A DNA stretch of 46,950 nt, from contig NC_068988.1 of assembly GCF_001194135.2 (NCBI RefSeq), positions 66,029,400-66,076,349 on the forward strand, read 5' to 3'. Under the pieces are notes generated by a model. The model ran no database searches. It saw only the letters and a program-made list of their open reading frames with translations, and was not told where the DNA came from. The translations under genes and the position numbers were made by a program. This DNA comes from Octopus bimaculoides (Eukaryota). Numbering within the stretch: position 1 is the stretch's first letter; the number at the start of each line of letters is the position of its first letter. Of this stretch, positions 37,261-46,950 are shown one piece after another.

Positions 37261-38530
37261 TTAAATGATAACGGTACCTCAATCCGTTTTCTTATTACAT
37301 ATACACAAATAGATATAGATATACAAAGATAAATACGCACGCACATAAACACACACATATATATGTAATCCCTTTTCAATTGAATTTGATTTTCTAAGAC
37401 TGGTTGTGTTAACCACTTAATCTTAGCACATGGCGACCAGAAAGGCATCAATATATACTGGACGTTTCCTTTCTACTTGTTGTCTCAAGAAACAAATGTT
37501 TATAAACACTCAATGCCAACAGTCAGGATCCTGCAAGGCATTTAAGTGAGAAGAGATACGTTCTTGCAGTCTGCAAGTCATCAGCTAGGCCAGCAAGTCA
37601 TATTCGCTTTGCAATTCCTTAACATACATTGGTCATACGTATTGTTTGAACGATACACCCATCATCCCTTTTTCTCTTTACGTACACACACATACATAGA
37701 ATAGTAGTTAGAGCATGTAGGAAATATATATACGCATATATATATATGTATATGCATAAGTAAAAATATGTGACACTTATTCAGTAGCCACATATAAGTG
37801 TCAAATATTTTACAGATAAATTCCTCTATTTGCATAATATCGAGGTATCTTTCTTTATTTTGTTGTCCTTCTTGTCAAATATGTATATGTATATNNNNNN
37901 NNNNNNNNNNNNNNNNNNNNNNNNNNNNNNNNNNNNNNNNNNNNNNNNNNNNNNNNNNNNNNNNNNNNNNNNNNNNNNNNNNNNNNNNNNNNNNNNNNNN
38001 NNNNNNNNNNNNNNNNNNNNNNNNNNNNNNNNNNNNNNNNNNNNNNNNNNNNNNNNNNNNNNNNNNNNNNNNNNNNNNNNNNNNNNNNNNNNNNNNNNNN
38101 NNNNNNNNNNNNNNNNNNNNNNNNNNNNNNNNNNNNNNNNNNNNNNNNNNNNNNNNNNNNNNNNNNNNNNNNNNNNNNNNNNNNNNNNNNNNNNNNNNNN
38201 NNNNNNNNNNNNNNNNNNNNNNNNNNNNNNNNNNNNNNNNNNNNNCTTCCTTACTATAAGGAATACTTTTCATTGTGCACGAAGCAAGAGTAATTTCATA
38301 AAGTTTAAAGTTATATTTCTGATGTTTGTTAAACGTTAAATGTGTATTGTCCTCACACGATCATACTGCACCCTTGTAGGTCTGTTTACTTGTCAGTAGA
38401 TATCAAGAGAATGTAAGTACCACTTCATTGTTTAGAGTTGTGGGACTGGAAACTAAAACGCTGAAGTGCTTTCAGGCTTTTTTATAGTAACCCTGTCGAG
38501 GACATAGCATATCGTATTTATTTCTTTATG

Positions 38531-38581
<51 letters not shown>

Positions 38582-38673
38582 TTATGTATCTACCTATCTA
38601 TCTATTTGTCCATCTGCCTGACTATCCATATATGTACATGCCCTTGTGCATCTATGAAAATATGTATGATATA

Positions 38674-39552
38674 TTAGGCCGTCAAGTATGAAATTTGTAG
38701 AAAAGAAAAAGAAGTTTGCCAATGTTTTATAAATACAAGGAATCATTTTATTTATCAAGTATGCACCCATATTGTCAATACACTTTTGCCGTTTCAGCGG
38801 TGGCTTGTCCAGCCGGAACTGTAAAAGCCTGGAGATCTATAGTCGATATAGATTTTTGGACTGTGTTTTGGTGGCTCATCTTTGTCCAGCCATTGTGCTG
38901 AACGTTCACGGTTGTTGTATTGGATCCATTCTCATTACATGTTACAATTCGATTCAATAATTATTCATTTTTGCGAAGAGAAAGTAGTATAATGCAGGCT
39001 TCCAAACGTTGTTGATTCTGATTTTCATTGTGTTCATGTGGAACCCTCTTATCCAACTTTTTAACTTTACTGATTTGAACTTGGAGAGTCAATATTGTTT
39101 GCTTGCTAACACCAAACAACACCGATAATTCACGAATACTTTGAGATGGATCTGACTCGACGGTAGCCTTCAGTTCGTCATCATCCACCTTTGTTTCTGG
39201 CCGACCACGTTGCGCATTTGTGAGGTCAAAGTTACTAGAACGAAGTTTTGTAAACCAATTTGGTACTGTCTGCTGTGTAATAATATTAGAATGAAATATT
39301 GCATTCATATTCTGACCTGTTTGTGATGGTATATTTCCAAGAAAGAACTCATATTTCAAAACTGTACGAATTTCTGACTTCTCCAGCTCTAAACAAAAAT
39401 AGCAAAAAACAATTTATAAATACTTTATAAAGTGCAAAGTGAATTTATTTTCTAACAAAAAATAATGATTTTCAACTAACATTAAGTGCGCAAAACGAGC
39501 AACTGTCAAAGTTTACCATATACATTACTACAAATTTTATACTGACAACATA

Positions 39553-39553
<1 letters not shown>
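38674..39553 (-). mobile_element. Internally deleted mariner (Hsmar1/cecropia-like) transposon with both TIRs
   Basis: ORF 38961..39359 encodes a mariner HTH/linker (RGRPETKVDDDELKATVESDPSQSIRELS...KVKKLDKRVPHE, cf. WVPHEL). It is followed by NRIVTCNE (cf. RIVTCDEKW) and PPKHSPKI, which is joined directly to RSPGFYSSG and QKCIDNMGAY. TIR pair: TTAGGCCGTCAAGTATGAAATTTGTAG (38674-38700, TA to its left) and CTACAAATTTTATACTGACAACATAA (39528-39553). Confidence 0.9.
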
Positions 39554-39601
<48 letters not shown>

Positions 39602-40453
39602 TTGCTACCTAAAATGTACAGGTTTTTCTGTTTTGTAAAGATAAATACGAAATCATTCTCTGCTTTTCTCACGGCTAGATTGCGTTCGGAATTTTCTTAT
39701 ATATATATATCATTGGAAAATGGAGAAACGACATAGATTAACTACCACATCAATTGGATCACATTTAAAGCTTGTTTATTGATACAAAGCAAGACATACG
39801 AGCTGTTTGTGATCAGATTCCCAGAATGCTGTCTATACATAAATACGAGGATAAATTTTTTCATCCTCATAGGGCATTCGACGTATATGGTGTCCAATAT
39901 ATCTATATATATATATTTGCAGGCAGAAAGTAAAAAGAAAAAAAGGAAATGCACACTTGGTGTACATACAAATAAATGATTTGAAGTGGAGTTAAGACGT
40001 ATAAACATCATTATCATGGCTCAATATAGAAAGCCATACCGGTTTCGACATCGCAGTTCACTGGCTTTGAATCAACACCAGGTTCCAAACAGTGCTGGAT
40101 CTAATAGTGTCTGAATAAAAAGATTTCACGTACTGAAAGTGATGCAGTTAGATTAATATGATTAATAGAATATGAATGATATATGGGATGTATGAGGATT
40201 GGTGAGATTATTGGTATTAGTAAGGTTAGTAGTATCCTGTATTAAGTTGTGTGTTCCTGACAAGCTGTGGTTGATAATTTATTTGTATGTATATACCTTT
40301 GTTTTTATTTTTAAAAAGCCATTACTTTTATACCTAGTGTGCATATTATTTCTTTCCTTCTACTCTTCACCCATTTATACCATGTGTAGTCTTTTTCTTT
40401 GAAACCTGTTTCTATTAAATATATATTTATATATATGTATATATCTATGTGTA

Positions 40454-40489
<36 letters not shown>

Positions 40490-40802
40490 NNNNNNNNNNN
40501 NNNNNNNNNNNNNNNNNNNNNNNNNNNNNNNNNNNNNNNNNNNNNNNNNNNNNNNNNNNNNNNNNNNNNNNNNNNNNNNNNNNNNNNNNNNNNNNNNNNN
40601 NNNNNNNNNNNNNNNNNNNNNNNNNNNNNNNNNNNNNNNNNNNNNNNNNNNNNNNNNNNNNNNNNNNNNNNNNNNNNNNNNNNNNNNNNNNNNNNNNNNN
40701 NNNNNNNNNNNNNNNNNNNNNNNNNNNNNNNNNNNNNNNNNNNNNNNNNNNNNNNNNNNNNNNNNNNNNNNNNNNNNNNNNNNNNNNNNNNNNNNNNNNN
40801 NN

Positions 40803-40881
<79 letters not shown>

Positions 40882-42759
40882 ATATATATGTGTGTGTGCT
40901 TGTGTGTGTGTACGTATTTGGCATTAAATAGCAGTTTTCTATTAAATCAGTAAATTTGAAACTCATTTGCTGCAACGGATTTCATTATTATTTCCGAGTA
41001 TCATTTATGAACTCCCTTCTAAACCTGCCTTATCAAATTGTATTTAATTCACTATGCCTTTATACTATTGGTTTACATTGTCTATCATAACAGTATGAGA
41101 CTTAAGCACTGATCTATTTTGTAGAAACTACTTATAAGAGCTAATATAATACCCAAGGAATAGTTTATTTAAAATAGACTAAATCCTTGAAAAAATGATT
41201 TCTGAATTTTTTTTTTATTTTCAACTTTCATTTCGTATTTCTTATCTATTACATTTAACCGAAAATGATATTGAATTGCTCTTTAAAATGGTCCTTTATA
41301 CACCTTCTTTATGATGGTAGATTATAAATGTGCTGAAAGAAATCACTTTCAGATAAACAGCTGTTGTGATTTTAACAGACTTTTTTTTTCAAGGTCAATG
41401 AATCCTCAACGAAAAATATTTGTTTTATTTTGTTATCCTTATCTTTGTTTGTGTTATAAACATACTGTCTTCAGTCTCATTACTTGTCTCTGATAGTTGT
41501 CGATTAAACATTTCAAATATACAGAATGAGGTTCCTCCTGTTAAATAGTAAACTAATTTATGTGTGCTTTCAATTCATTTATCTCTACTCGTATGATAAG
41601 TACAGACAGAGGAGTCTCTGTTTTCCATTTGTTTGTCAATGACAACAACAGATGATCGTCAGTCATTGAATCTCGAGTGTGATTCTCCTTCAAGTCTATA
41701 TTAATGGGTGATAGCTTGTTATCGGTTGGATAGTGCTGTGCAGGCAGTAAACACGTGGTTGTTAGCAAATAAATATCTTAGATGGAACGTATGTTCTCAA
41801 CACTAGAAGTAAGGGAGAACCGTTACGACTGATAATTCCGAATTCATATCTATATGTGTCTCATTCTAATTTTCTACGAAAAGTACAATATATTATACAT
41901 TTACATAGTGGTTATTTCGTCACTACCTTACAACTACATGTTTCGCTAATACAAGGAGAATAAAACCGAAACATGAATACATTTGTCTTCTGTACTTGAT
42001 GACATATATAAATTATATAAAATAGTATTTAGTATGGATTAAAAATTATTCCTTCGCAGCATAATTATTTTCCAATAGATTTCTTTACGGCACACTTGCA
42101 GTTAAGGTATGTTAACACTAATATTAAATATGTCAAGCAGACCATCACTATATTTCTCTTCAGAATTGGCAGTTCTACAAAATTGACATAACTATTATAT
42201 GCAACTCAGGACTGCTATAATAAGTTTGTTATGTTCTGTAAAATTATGGATTGCGTCCTTTATATTTATATGATAGCATATTTTACAATATGCTAAATTA
42301 TTCATATTAAACATTTTTTATCTTTATTTTCTATAAATCTCGATAGATTTATGAACGTAAGTTTATTCAAAAATCGGTCGTCATGAGTAATTAATATGTT
42401 CAATATTCGTAACATTTCAATGTCATTCATTTAAAATGTATGTTTTTAACGTTTTGGAGTATATATGATCTCACTGAAATTTGACTTCGTACACTTGATG
42501 AGAATGGAAAGTAAGAAGTCTTACACAGTTTCGTTTTTCTGTTTGCCTACCTTTTTATTTATTTCTAAATGAAAGATTTCCAAAAATCTTCTCGAAATAC
42601 GAAATTTCTAAGCCATGGGAATTCCATTTATGCTTAAAAAAGGAAAGAGGATATAGATATGTAGATGTGTAATTGATTGTTAATCCATCGATCTGTACGT
42701 ATATGCTCATATGTGTGTGTAATAATATACATTTTTTGTTTATAATTGTTTTTGTAATT

Positions 42760-43185
42760 TAACTGCGCCCTTGCAGGCGCATCGCCTTGAAGAATCTATT
42801 GGAACGACTCTTCTCTAGTACTTCAATTTTTAAAGCCTGGTAATTATTCTATCGGTCTGTTTGTTGCCGAACCACTAGTTTACGGGGACGTAAATACATC
42901 AACACCAGTAGGCAAGCGGTGTGGGGGACAAACACAGCTACAAAAACACATACTCTCTCTCACACACACACACATTCACATACAACACACACACACATAC
43001 ACGCACATACACAAACACACACATATATATATGTATATATATATANNNNNNNNNNATATATGTATCCACTCAGATGGCTTTGGTTGGCCGAATCTATAGT
43101 AGAAGACACTTGCCCAAGGTCCCTCGCTGTGGGACTGAACCGGAAACCATGTGGTCACGTAGTACACACCACACATGATTGCCTC
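42760..43185 (-). mobile_element. Full-length decayed family B SINE spanning a 10-N gap
   Basis: 3' domain at 42760-42930 (CTATCGGTC...GCCGAACCACTAGTTTACGGGGACGTAAA), internal CA/TA microsatellite, and 5' head at 43065-43185 (AGAAGACACTTGCCCAAGGT...GGGACTGAACCGGAAACCATGTGG). Confidence 0.8.
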
Positions 43186-44369
43186 TTGCGAATTCTCCTT
43201 GAAAAAAGTTACCTGAGGCAATACCTGAAAAATATTACAGTTTAATAAACAAAATGTAGATGAAAATGGTAGGATGTATGGTTTGAAAAGGTTGTCATTA
43301 TCTATGTAGCTCTCTGTTGGGATGTATGTTGCATTATCTCAGCTATATCAAAATATCTTAAAAAGAGTATTTGGTGCTGTTGATGAACACTCACGGTGAG
43401 TTGATGTTGGAATTAAAATTTTTTGAGAGTCTACCCTCCTCCAGCTTGTGAACATATAAAAACAAATGATTTTCTTAGTTTGTATTTTGTTGTGCTTTTA
43501 AGTTATTGAAAAATAGAATTTTTATGGCCTTATCAATAAAATGGTCTAACGTTTCTTGTAGTGTTTTGAAATTTGAGGAGATTCATTTTGTTTCCTGAAA
43601 AACAAAAAAATAGTCGGTAAGTTAATTTATCTTGCAAAACAAAGTGTAATGATAACAATCCATATATATACAACATATCAAAACAGCTAGTTATAATAAA
43701 TATAATGGAATATAACAAAGCAAAACGAAGTACATCCACATAATGCATTCACCACATTAAAGCAACTGATTATAATTAAATATATTGAAACTACGAGAAC
43801 AACAGAGGAATAATGCTGACGTAGAGACGGCGGCACAAAATGATTTTATGACTAACGAAACTTGTGTTTTCAGATAAGAGCATGAAATAAGCGATTTTAA
43901 AAGTAACAGATATGTATTCGTCTTGTATAAAATCAGCTATAGTTTGCCTAAACAACGCGCATATATAAAGAATACATAACATATACAATAGCTTTAAATA
44001 TACGTGTGTGTGAGTGCATGTGTTTCTGTGGATGTGTCTATGTATGTGTGTTTATTGTTGTGTGTGTCTGTATGTATTTGTCTGCATATTGGTGTGCGCG
44101 TATGTGTGTTTTCTATTTAACCTTAGCCATGTAAATTTAGACGAAAAGACTGACAGTACCGATCCTTTCCAAACAAAGTCACTTACGATGTTCCTTCTCT
44201 CTCGATTTACTGACACTCCTTTCGTCCTCTCCTCGTCAGAATTACAGTTAACTAATGGTTGGCCTCTTGCAACCAACCATGCTATTGATCTCAAATAAAG
44301 ATATATAATAAATGATGAGATGTAGTTTCGTATACATTCAAGTTCTGTGACTACTTATGTAGTTGATGC

Positions 44370-44700
44370 TGTGGGGCAATCGATCTTCGGGTCGAACCAA
44401 GGACATCATATTTCAATTGAATTTTTGATATTGCTAATGTTATTTGACGGTCGTAATTCCTGATAGAATTGTTACCTTTTAGTGATGACAGGTCGGGATT
44501 TGAACTGAAACTGCACAGAGTTAGAATAGAGAATGCCAGACAATCTTGCGATGCTGTAGCAATTTCGCCATTCGACCCCACTGCACAGGTGCTTTCTATT
44601 CAAAGCTGACATTGGTGGCATTTGAAACATGATCACAGAGACGGACTAATATCACCATTCTATCCAATAGTCTAACAGCTCTACCAGTTCACTCCTGGTT
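44370..44700 (-). mobile_element. Cluster of very old tRNA-SINE heads
   Basis: Two GGGATTTGAACTGAAAC / GGCATTTGAAACATGATC B-box-like reverse complements, each followed by a decayed A-box-like segment. Confidence 0.4.
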
Positions 44701-45175
44701 GATGTGAAGCAAAGAGAAGTTGAATTGACGCAGTTAATTTGCTCCAGTCAAGATTATTGAGAGTATCTCCGCCCCCCCCATAATTTCTGACAAAACTTTA
44801 CGACAAATAAAATCGCTTTAACTAGAATATCATAAGAACCGACAAAAATATAATAGAAATTTGATTTATTAACTGACATACAATAATGTATTTGAATTTT
44901 GTGTTCCCTTAGTCTTCATAACCTTCAAAGGATAATTTCATTACTTCAACTCATTTCAACTAAAGGATAAATTTAATACTTTAAGTTTACAAGTCAAAGC
45001 TATTAATCATGAAAGAATATTCGAATTCCTCCCGGGTTTTAACTGTTAACACAGTTAAAATATTTTTCCTTGCGAAGGTAACGGAATCGTGTAAGAGAAA
45101 TTTAATAAAGTTGGTATTTCACACTCATTGAGGAAAATCGTTATAATCAGAAACATAATGTTTATAACAAATTCT

Positions 45176-45366
45176 ACTACTACTAATACTACTACTACTA
45201 CTATTACTACTACTACTATTATTACTACTACAACGTTCACCACCACCACAACTACTACTACTACTACTAGTACTAGTACTACGACAACGATCACCACCAC
45301 CACCACCACCGCCGCCGCCACCACCGCCACCATCACTACCGCCACCATCACCACCACCACCACCAG

Positions 45367-45426
<60 letters not shown>

Positions 45427-45427
45427 A
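45176..45427. repeat. Compound trinucleotide repeat (ACT/ACC/GCC/GCT)
   Basis: An in-phase triplet tract that produces the poly-Thr ORF 45128..45430 and the poly-Val antisense ORF. Confidence 0.9.
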
Positions 45428-45582
45428 TAGAAGACGACAATGACGACGATAATGACGATAAATATATTTGTTTCTAGTATAGGTACAGGATCTAAAATTT
45501 CAAATCCGGGGTTTGACAATAACGAAGAAATCAGTATTTGATTAACTTAATTGATAGCGGTGCTATCGACCCCAGAAGGTCG

Positions 45583-46016
45583 ATATGCAGCGCTCAGGAA
45601 CAACCTCTGAGAATTAATTACATCAAATTCCGAATAGACAAGAGTAATGAATCGCCCCTTTGTACGATGCGTGGCAGCAAACGATGAAAGAGTTTCATCT
45701 ATTGTGAGTAAGTGTAGCAATTTGGCTCAGAAGGAATACAGCAGGGGAGCTGGTAACGTAGCTAAGTTTGTACTCTGGAGATTGTGTGAAAAGTAAGGTC
45801 TTGAAAGTATACGGAAATGCTATGAGCATAAACCAGAGAACTTCAAAGAGAATAATGAATATAAGACCTTAATGGATTTTACAATCCAGTGTGATTTGGG
45901 GATTGATGCTTGGTTGACAAAATGATTAAAGAAACCAAAGTCATAGGCATTGCCATACCTGGGGATGTACGACAAGAAACTAAAACCGATTGAAAAGTAC
46001 AACGTACCTCAGAAAG
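45583..46016 (+). mobile_element. R4/Dong non-LTR retrotransposon, C-terminal zinc knuckle and restriction-like endonuclease (5' part)
   Basis: ICSAQEQPLRINYIKFRIDKSNESPLCTMR, then frameshifted IVSKCSNLAQKEYSR...LWRLCEK*GLE...YEHKPE...TLMDFTIQCD and VDKMIKETKVIGIAIPGDVR. This matches the R4/Dong CCHC plus RLE region. The CCHC is mutated and the RPD catalytic motif is deleted. Confidence 0.88.
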
Positions 46017-46470
46017 AATCACCCATGTTTAAAACTCTTCATACAGAATATCGGTTCAAGTATATTATCAACATATTTTCTGTTTATGTGTCTATTGTTT
46101 CGTTCATCTATAACAGGTCTATAAGCAAACTTGTCGTCGAAAGCAAAACGTGACCAGGTTGTCGATTTGAAAACAGAATTACTAAGCAGCAAGGCCTTAA
46201 CAATCAGTTGGTTGTGTGCCGTAAAACAGTGTTAATTAGCTGCAAATGGTATGTAGAGTCCGCTACTACCTGCAGCAAGCCAGGTCCTGGTAGGAAACGA
46301 TCAATTCGTATCAGACAAAGATTTCAAGCGGTGAAGAAGAGAACGAATGGAAATCCCCGCAGGGGTTTAAGAAAAAATGCAAAAGTTATTGATATTTCGA
46401 AAACGACAATGCACAAGATTTTTAAACAGGATTTAAAGCTAACAGCATGCAAGACACAATCCTGGCAGCT
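46017..46470 (+). mobile_element. Tc1/mariner-superfamily 5' fragment (TIR remnant plus HTH) nested in the Dong copy
   Basis: LSSKAKRDQVVDL and, after a frameshift, QLVVCRKTV...KPGPGRKRSIR...AVKKRTNGNPRRGLRKNAKVIDISKTTMHKIFKQDLKLTACK, a paired HTH typical of Tc1/maT transposases. No DDD/E domain. Confidence 0.82.
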
Positions 46471-46767
46471 TCAGAAAGATAAGATTAAACAAATGTGGAT
46501 AATGAAGAAAGTAACTGTCATCCTAGTAGTTATTGGCACACTGAGAATATTAACAATGAGATTTGAGGAATTTCTTGGAGAAATTAGAATTAGCATGACG
46601 GTAGAACATGCTCAGAGTACTGATTTATTGGGGACAGCAAGGATTTTGAGATTAGTACATGGATGCTAACTATCATGGAAAGACCCCATGAAATGCTTGA
46701 AAACAAGCTGTTGTCCGCTCTTACTGAATTAACCGAAGCAAGTGAAATTAAGAGCTCTGGAAAGTGA
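46471..46767 (+). mobile_element. R4/Dong ORF C-terminus and 3'UTR (continuation of 45583-46016)
   Basis: KDKIKQMWIMKKVTVILVVIGTLRILT...AQSTDLLGTARILRLVHGC* (stop at 46667-46669) matches the R4/Dong end (LW...V.VIPVVIGALG...QK..LLGTARILR.VL). About 100 bp of UTR then runs into (AAT)n. Confidence 0.88.
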
Positions 46768-46805
<38 letters not shown>

Positions 46806-46813
46806 TGATGATG

Positions 46814-46869
<56 letters not shown>
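46768..46869. repeat. (AAT)n microsatellite with a short (GAT)4 interruption; putative Dong target/tail
   Basis: Seen directly. It lies between the 3' end of one Dong copy and the 5'-truncated start of another. Confidence 0.95.
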
Positions 46870-46873
<4 letters not shown>

Positions 46874-46950
46874 GGCTTTCGACAGTGTTCCCCACACGTG
46901 GATTCTGGAAACACTAGCCATAAACAAGGTGGCACCAATTATCATAAAAT
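46870..46950 (+). mobile_element. Second, 5'-truncated R4/Dong copy starting inside the RT domain (runs off the window)
   Basis: KAFDSVPHTWILETLAINKVAPIIIK corresponds to the RT motif (DY)KKAFDSVPHSWI. The 81 bp are free of stops in this frame. Confidence 0.85.

Noticed and set aside
46208-46669. 153-aa ORF as a functional host gene
   Set aside because: It is a chimera of a decayed Tc1-like HTH and a Dong C-terminus, with a non-ATG start and an upstream frameshift. Kept only as a structural finding.

Overview
AT-rich, microsatellite-saturated eukaryotic genomic DNA. The tRNA-derived SINE families and repeat landscape look like an octopus genome (Octopus sp., inferred from recalled repeat consensi, not verified). 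About 4.9 kb (~10%) is N-gap in 14 runs, most abutting simple repeats. I recognise no known host gene: nearly all ORFs in the supplied track are microsatellite or gap read-throughs or decayed transposase/RT fragments. The window is best read as intronic or intergenic sequence full of dead elements. These include four Tc1/mariner-superfamily copies (two mariner, one near-full-length maT/DD37D-like, one HTH-only fragment), R4/Dong, RTE and CR1 LINE remnants, Penelope-like pseudo-LTRs with hammerhead-ribozyme-like motifs, and more than a dozen SINE copies. The most interesting structures are: (1) a compound locus at the right end, where two R4/Dong copies abut the same (AAT)n tract and one is split by a Tc1-like fragment flanked by an 8-bp direct repeat; (2) an inverted Penelope pLTR pair; (3) two SINEs inserted back-to-back at one site with overlapping flanking duplications; (4) an indel-free but diverged 17-bp array; and (5) low-confidence minus-strand exon candidates, including a signal-peptide-like exon. 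I found no evidence for a novel multi-gene system. All family assignments come from manual translation and motif recall, not database searches.
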